Part shown: positions 58,647 to 64,000 of the stretch, one piece after another
Numbering within the stretch: the first letter of the stretch is position 1
Layout: every line of letters begins with the position of its first letter
DNA from: the human T2T-CHM13v2.0 reference genome, Homo sapiens
Assembly (NCBI RefSeq): GCF_009914755.1
Contig: NC_060938.1
Reading direction: 5' to 3' (one strand)
Length of the DNA: 64,000 nucleotides
Made by a program: the position numbers and the translations under genes
Notes under the pieces: generated by a model
What the model saw: the letters and a program-made list of their open reading frames with translations, nothing else
Told to the model about the DNA's origin: nothing
The model's database searches: none

Positions 58647-59849
58647 CAGTTATGTGCCGCTTAAGGACGTTTTGGTCAATGACTGCATATATGACAGCGG
58701 TCCCTTAAATTATGATGGAGCTGAAAAATTCCTATCCTCTAGTAATGAAGCCAACATAATGTCACAGCGCCATGCATTTCTCATGTGTATGTAGTGATGC
58801 TATGTAAACAAACCTACTAGCTGACAGTCATAAAAATTATAGCACATACAATTGTGTATGCTACATAATACTTGATAATGAATGACTGTGTTTCTGGCTT
58901 ATGTATTTACTGTAGCACAGTTGTTGTCATTATTTGAGAGTGTACTCCTTCTACTTATGCGGAAAAAAAGGGTTTTTGTAGGACAGCCTCAGGCAGGTTC
59001 TTTAGGTGGTATTTCAGAAGAAGGCATTGTTATCATAGGAGATGACAGCTCTGTGCATGTTATTGCCCCTGAAGACCTTCCAGTGGGACAAGATGTGGAG
59101 GTGGAAGACAGTGATATTGATGATCTTGCCCCTGTGTAGGCCTAGGCTAATGTGTGCGTGTTTGTCTTAATTTTTAACAAAAAAGTTTAAAAAGTAAAAA
59201 AAGAAAATAAAAAAATTAAAAAATAGAAAAAAGCTTATAGAATAAGGACATAAAGAAAAAAATTTGTTTGTACAGCTGTACAGTGTGTTTGTGTTTTAAG
59301 CTAAGTATTATTACAAAACAGAAAGTTAAAAAATTAAAAAGTGTATAAAGTAAAAATGTTATAGTAAGCAAAGGTTAACTTACTATTGAAAGAAAGTATT
59401 TGTTTATAAATTGAGTGTAGCCTAAGTGTGCAGTGTTTATAAAGTCTACAGTGGTGTACAGTCATGTTCTAGGCCTTCATGTTCACTCGCCACTCACTCA
59501 CTGACTCACCCAGAGCAAATTCCCCTCCTGCAGTTCCATTCCTGGTACGTGCCCTAGACAGATGTGCCATTAAAAAAAATTGTTCTATTGTGTTTTAAAT
59601 GTACCTTTTCTATATTTAGATACATAATTACTTATCATTGTGTTACAGTTGCCTACAGTATTCAGTACAGTAACATGCTGTACTGGTTTGTAGCCTGGGA
59701 TCAATAGACTCTACCATATAGACTTGGTGTTTAGTAGGCCATATCATTTAAGTTTGTGTAGGTACATGCTATGATTTTTGCATAATGACAAAATTGCCTA
59801 GCAATGCATTTCTCAGAATGTATCCCCATCATTCAGCCATGCAAGACTG
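58647..59849 (+). mobile_element. Tigger3b (Golem) non-autonomous TcMar DNA transposon, end to end
   Basis: Left TIR 'cagttatgtgccgcttaaggacg', right TIR 'catcattcagccatgcaagactg'; TA/CA flanks; internal 'gaagaccttccagtgggacaagatgtggaggtggaagacagtgat'; about 1.2 kb. Confidence 0.88.
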
Positions 59850-60499
59850 CACTTCAGTTGTGAAGGCTAGAAGCAAAGACTCCTCTTTCAAGAAACTGGT
59901 GGTGAAAGAAAGCAGAAAGAACGGACAGAAGAAGGAAACTGCAGGAAAGAAGAAATAAAGACCACCAAACTGATCTAAGTTATTATTATTAATTTTAATC
60001 AGATGACTACAGTTTATTTTAAGACTGAGACAATGGACCCAAACATAGGAGAAAAACTGATGTAATCATTTTTTGGGGTAATTTATGAGACATACGTCCC
60101 TGGAGGCCAGGAGGAATGGGAGAGGATGTAATCAAACACAAGGCTGAGCTGCTTCTCCTTCAGAGATGGACTAGTTTCAGCAACTGCCACTCCCTGCCCT
60201 CCAGATGTCCAAGATAGTAAAAGAGAAAAGAAGTGCATCAGATAAAAGTGATGCAGAGGGTTCCACTACAAACCACAGTCCCTCTATGCCGTGTTCCTGA
60301 GATTCTTTTTCTCTGTTTACATCCAAAGCCATGAGTAGCATAAAAAACAGTCATTCTCTTCTGAGTTGCATATGCTTTAACAACAACAACAACAACAAAA
60401 GACAGGAAGAAAAGCTTCATCCAAGGCAGAAGTTCTGCTTAGACTCTAGTGGGCTCCTCCATTTCTCTCCAGTGTTTTGTCAGCTTGTGTTATAATAGA

Positions 60500-60715
60500 A
60501 ACCTGAGCTTGCAGTGGGAAGAGTGGGTTGAATCTGATTTTTGCAAATTGGTAATTATCTTGGGAAAAGTTAACCAAGTTACCTGAGCCTTAGTTCTGTT
60601 CATCTGTAAAATTGAGGGTAGTAGTGACCTTGAAAGTGGTCATGAACATTTAATGAGAAGACACATAGAGTATGTGGGACATGCACTTATGCTAGTGGGT
60701 CCTCAGTAACTGCTT
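60500..60715 (+). mobile_element. MIR
   Basis: Core 'ctgagccttagttctgttcatctgtaaaat'. Confidence 0.7.
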
Positions 60716-61089
60716 TTTGAGAGGAGATTCAGTAAATTTCAAGATGGCAGAGTCTGTGTCTTATCCCCTGGGTTTGTGTCCTGGGGTGAGGGGGCTGACA
60801 TCTTCCTTAATATGTCTGTCTTGAAGGCTTACCCCTATTGCGTTAGTCTCTTACTAGATTGCTTTCACCTTCAACAACTGTTGCCTTCTGTTTCACTTCC
60901 CTGAATAGGTGTTATTCTCTCTCTGTGCTTTCATTGTTCACAGGCTACACATTCTGCAACTGTTGTCAATTACATGCTGAGATGTCCATGGTGAATCTGT
61001 TGACCTTTCAACGGGTGTTTTAATTTTAGGAGAGGATGGTGGGAAGAAGGCAGCGCTCAACACTGTGGATCAACAGTCTGGTTCCAAAC

Positions 61090-61262
61090 ACAGGCCAAAC
61101 CTGCAAATGTGATCCACAGATGTGCATCCTTGGCATCCCCTGGTAGCTTGCAAGAAATGCAGATTCTCAGGTCCTACCCAGAACCCTTTGAATTGGAATC
61201 TGTATTCTAGCAAGATCCCTAGGTGATTTATATGCACATTAAAGTTTGAAAAGCACTGTTTT
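61090..61262. mobile_element. MER5A
   Basis: 'agaaatgcagattctcaggtcc', 'aggtgatttatatgcacattaaagtttgaaaagcactg'. Confidence 0.85.
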
Positions 61263-62434
61263 AGGGAAATAACTATTTCATAAGGTGGTTTTGAGGATTT
61301 AATGGGAATACATGTACAGAACACCTAATGCATGTAGATGTGTAATAGAGTGCTTAATAAATACTCCTGGCAAATCCCAAGAGAGAAGAAAGAGCCCTCT
61401 GTCTCCAGGGCCAATGATGTATAAAGCAGATAAAGAGAAAGGACAAACAACGCAGCACTCTTTAGAGTACTAAAAAAGGAGGTGTGTGTATGTGTTTTGT
61501 TTTGTTTTGCCAGAGGAAAGGAAAATACTAAAGGCAGAGGAAGGAATGAAAAAACTGGCAAGTAAGAGCGAGAAAATATGGAATGGAAAAACAAAGTACT
61601 TAGGAATGAAATACCTTGAGGTGGTGAAAGAAGAAATAAACAAGGGGTAAAGAGCTCTTAAAATGTACCAGTGCTGAAAATTTGGATGAGGGGAAAACTA
61701 GATTTCTCCAGATTGGCAAGGAGGTGTGAGTGTGTGATGTGTAAAGAGAGACAGCCAAACTCAAGTGATTTAGCATAAGTCTGGCTTAAAAAGTTTAATA
61801 GTCCTCGTGTAACATGGTAAGCTTGTATTTTGAATTTTCACTCAAGGACATCTTTGTTCAGAGGAGCAGCGTGGTTTGGTTTTGTGCCCGGGTGACTGGA
61901 AGGAGTGGGAGGCAGGTGGCCAAAATGGGGACTGTGGGGTTGTGTTGAGGTGTCAGCAAACAGGCAGGAGAAGTGCTGGCCCTCAACAACAGATTCTTTT
62001 TGGGGTTCCAGGTGACTGGGTGAGTTTACTGTTAATCACATCCACACAAATGGGTGGGAACAAAATCACAGCCCCTATTCTACATCATGTGGATGGGATG
62101 GTGCCAGCATGTGGGCTGTGTTAGGGACACAGTGGCTTTTTCTAGGAAGTGAGGGAAGGTCTCAGCATTAGAGAGTGGAAGGAGACATTCTAGCTCCCTT
62201 CTATCCCACCTCAGCCCATGCCAATGAAGCATTTCAAAGCAGGAGGGGGAAGAGGGAGAGTCTGGCAATACAGGGATGAGAGAGAGAGACAGAGAGACAT
62301 AGAGTGAGAGCGAGAGCTCAGTAAGCTTACTTAACTTTTGTGAATCTCTACTTTTCATCTGCAAAATGGGCCCTGCCTCTCTAAGATGTCATGAGGTAAA
62401 TTAGTGTCAGTTCTTTAGAAAACGTTCTAAGACA

Positions 62435-62615
62435 AATCTTAGCCTTCGACAAAGATGGGAACTTAGAAATCTTATAGAACCAAATCCCTTCCTTTCACAG
62501 GCAAGGAACTGAGACTGGGGCAGCCAAGAGTCTTGCAGATCTTGCTTAGGGACACAGAGTTCTTAATAACAGATCTCCAAGTGGAACCCAGGTTTCCCAG
62601 TTCCCAACCTAAAGC
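62435..62615 (-). mobile_element. MIR
   Basis: 'tttcacaggcaaggaactgag', 'gaacccaggtttcc'. Confidence 0.6.
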
Positions 62616-62919
62616 TTAAAACATTGGGAAGCTCGTTTTACCATTTTCTATGTTAAATTCAGGAGATGAAGGGACTTGCACTTTAATTTCTGGATCGTTG
62701 ACTTTGTTGACCTTCACTGCTAGGGCAAAGATCTATGCTTAATGATAAGTGTTTTAACAGTGGGTGATTCTGAGTCTGACTTTTTATTTTGCTGAAAGGA
62801 ATAGCCTTTACATTTTACTCAAATTTTAACTTTTGGCGTGGCTCATTTTTATTACCTTTGTAATTACAGTGAATTCAGCATGCTTCACTGTTGTGGAATT
62901 TGTTGGTGTCTTGGAAAGA

Positions 62920-63170
62920 TCACAGATAGGCTTTGACATACACAAACCTGGCTCAAATCCTACCTCTGCCACTTATTTGCGCTCTAACAACTCTGGACAA
63001 GTTCCTTAATTGTTTGGAGCCAGTTTTCTTTATAATAGATTCTACCTATTATGTTATGGAGTTATATTAATTATGAAGTTGTTTGATAGTATTAGAAATA
63101 ATGTTTAAAAGTGCTTAGAATTAGAAAAGCGTCTGGAATATAATCAGAGTTCAATAAATGGTAGCTATCC
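62920..63170 (+). mobile_element. MIR
   Basis: 'ctcaaatcctacctctgccacttat', tail 'tcaataaatggtagcta'. Confidence 0.75.
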
Positions 63171-63669
63171 ACATCAATAAATACTCATTAAGCACCCAAC
63201 TGAACAAAATATGATGGTTGATTGGGAGCTCAGTCTCCCACAAATAAAATATTTGCCACATGTCTTCACTGATCTGCCATAGTGTCTACATTGGAGGTAG
63301 CAAAAGTAGTAATTTAATAGTCTATTATCCAACCCCATCCCAAAACTGAAGTTGAACCCCTGACTGCAGATAATTGTTGAAATACTCAAATAATATTTCC
63401 TGCAATGCCTTAGCTACCCTTCTTTCCCACATTCTTTTTTTAAAGCCTTTGTGAGTTTTATTTAAATGTCTGAGATGAGAATGAAGCATATATTTCTGTG
63501 TTTATTCAGTACATTTCCCACATACACGGTAGGTGCTGAATTCACACACGTGACCCTAGAATCTTTTTTGGGTTCATCAACTGGTGTAATATCAAAAGTG
63601 GCAATTCAACAGAATTTTAACCTATCAATGGGCCAAACACATATATGACACTTTTAGTCGAATAACAAC

Positions 63670-64000
63670 CATTGTCTCTCCGTTCATCACTTCTCCTATA
63701 TTTTGCTTTGTGATGCTGGGTATAAGGCTCTGAAATTTACATTTCTCCTTTACCAGCTGGCTCTGCATTAGGCTCTATGATACAGGTACTGGAGGAAGAC
63801 TGTAAGGCATGAGGAAAAAGGAGGGGCTTGTTCCTGTTGCATTTTTTATTCTTGCCAGTGTTGCCACAAAAATGGTCCTTTAATCTATGCACCTACAAAT
63901 GGTACCAGTAGCATTTAGTTACCATTTCCAGATTTTTCCCACACTCTGAGATATATTAGCACACATGGCAGGTACCTGTACTCAAGAGGTCTGATCTAAG
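63670..64000. mobile_element. Old ERVL-type LTR (LTR41/LTR33-like), runs off the window end
   Basis: 'tgctttgtgatgctggg...tacatttctcctttaccagctggctctg...ttagg...ggaagactg' recalled from the LTR41/LTR33 group. Confidence 0.45.

Noticed and set aside
58882-59139. ORF as a transposase
   Set aside because: Lies within a non-autonomous Tigger3b; no DDE domain is visible

Overview
This is 64 kb of primate genomic DNA, most likely human or ape, since AluY, LTR12C/ERV9, THE1 and a young L1PA are present. I find no supportable protein-coding exon, tRNA, rRNA or snoRNA gene. All listed ORFs are short, and the recognisable ones are read-throughs of Alu, L1, LTR or Tigger sequence. Much of the window is interspersed repeat: about 25 Alu/FLAM copies, L1 (mostly minus strand), L2, MIR, MaLR/ERV solo LTRs (LTR12C, MER50, THE1, MST, MLT1) and DNA transposon relics (Tigger3b, MER5A, MER20, MER33). 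Subfamily names come from recall of consensus sequences and need RepeatMasker confirmation. The best leads are: (1) a repeat-poor block at about 18.4-20.4 kb with a perfect FGF4-type Sox(+3)Oct composite and a second octamer; (2) a 40-bp dispersed direct repeat next to an A-rich filler; (3) a head-to-head Alu pair only 26 bp apart; (4) a textbook twin-primed, inverted L1 with TSDs; (5) a solo LTR12C with an intact CCAAT array and TATA-like box; (6) a CpG-retaining MIR-like head with a B-box; (7) a 53-nt candidate plus-strand exon. The sequence alone does not support a new biological system. These are regulatory and genome-evolution leads.
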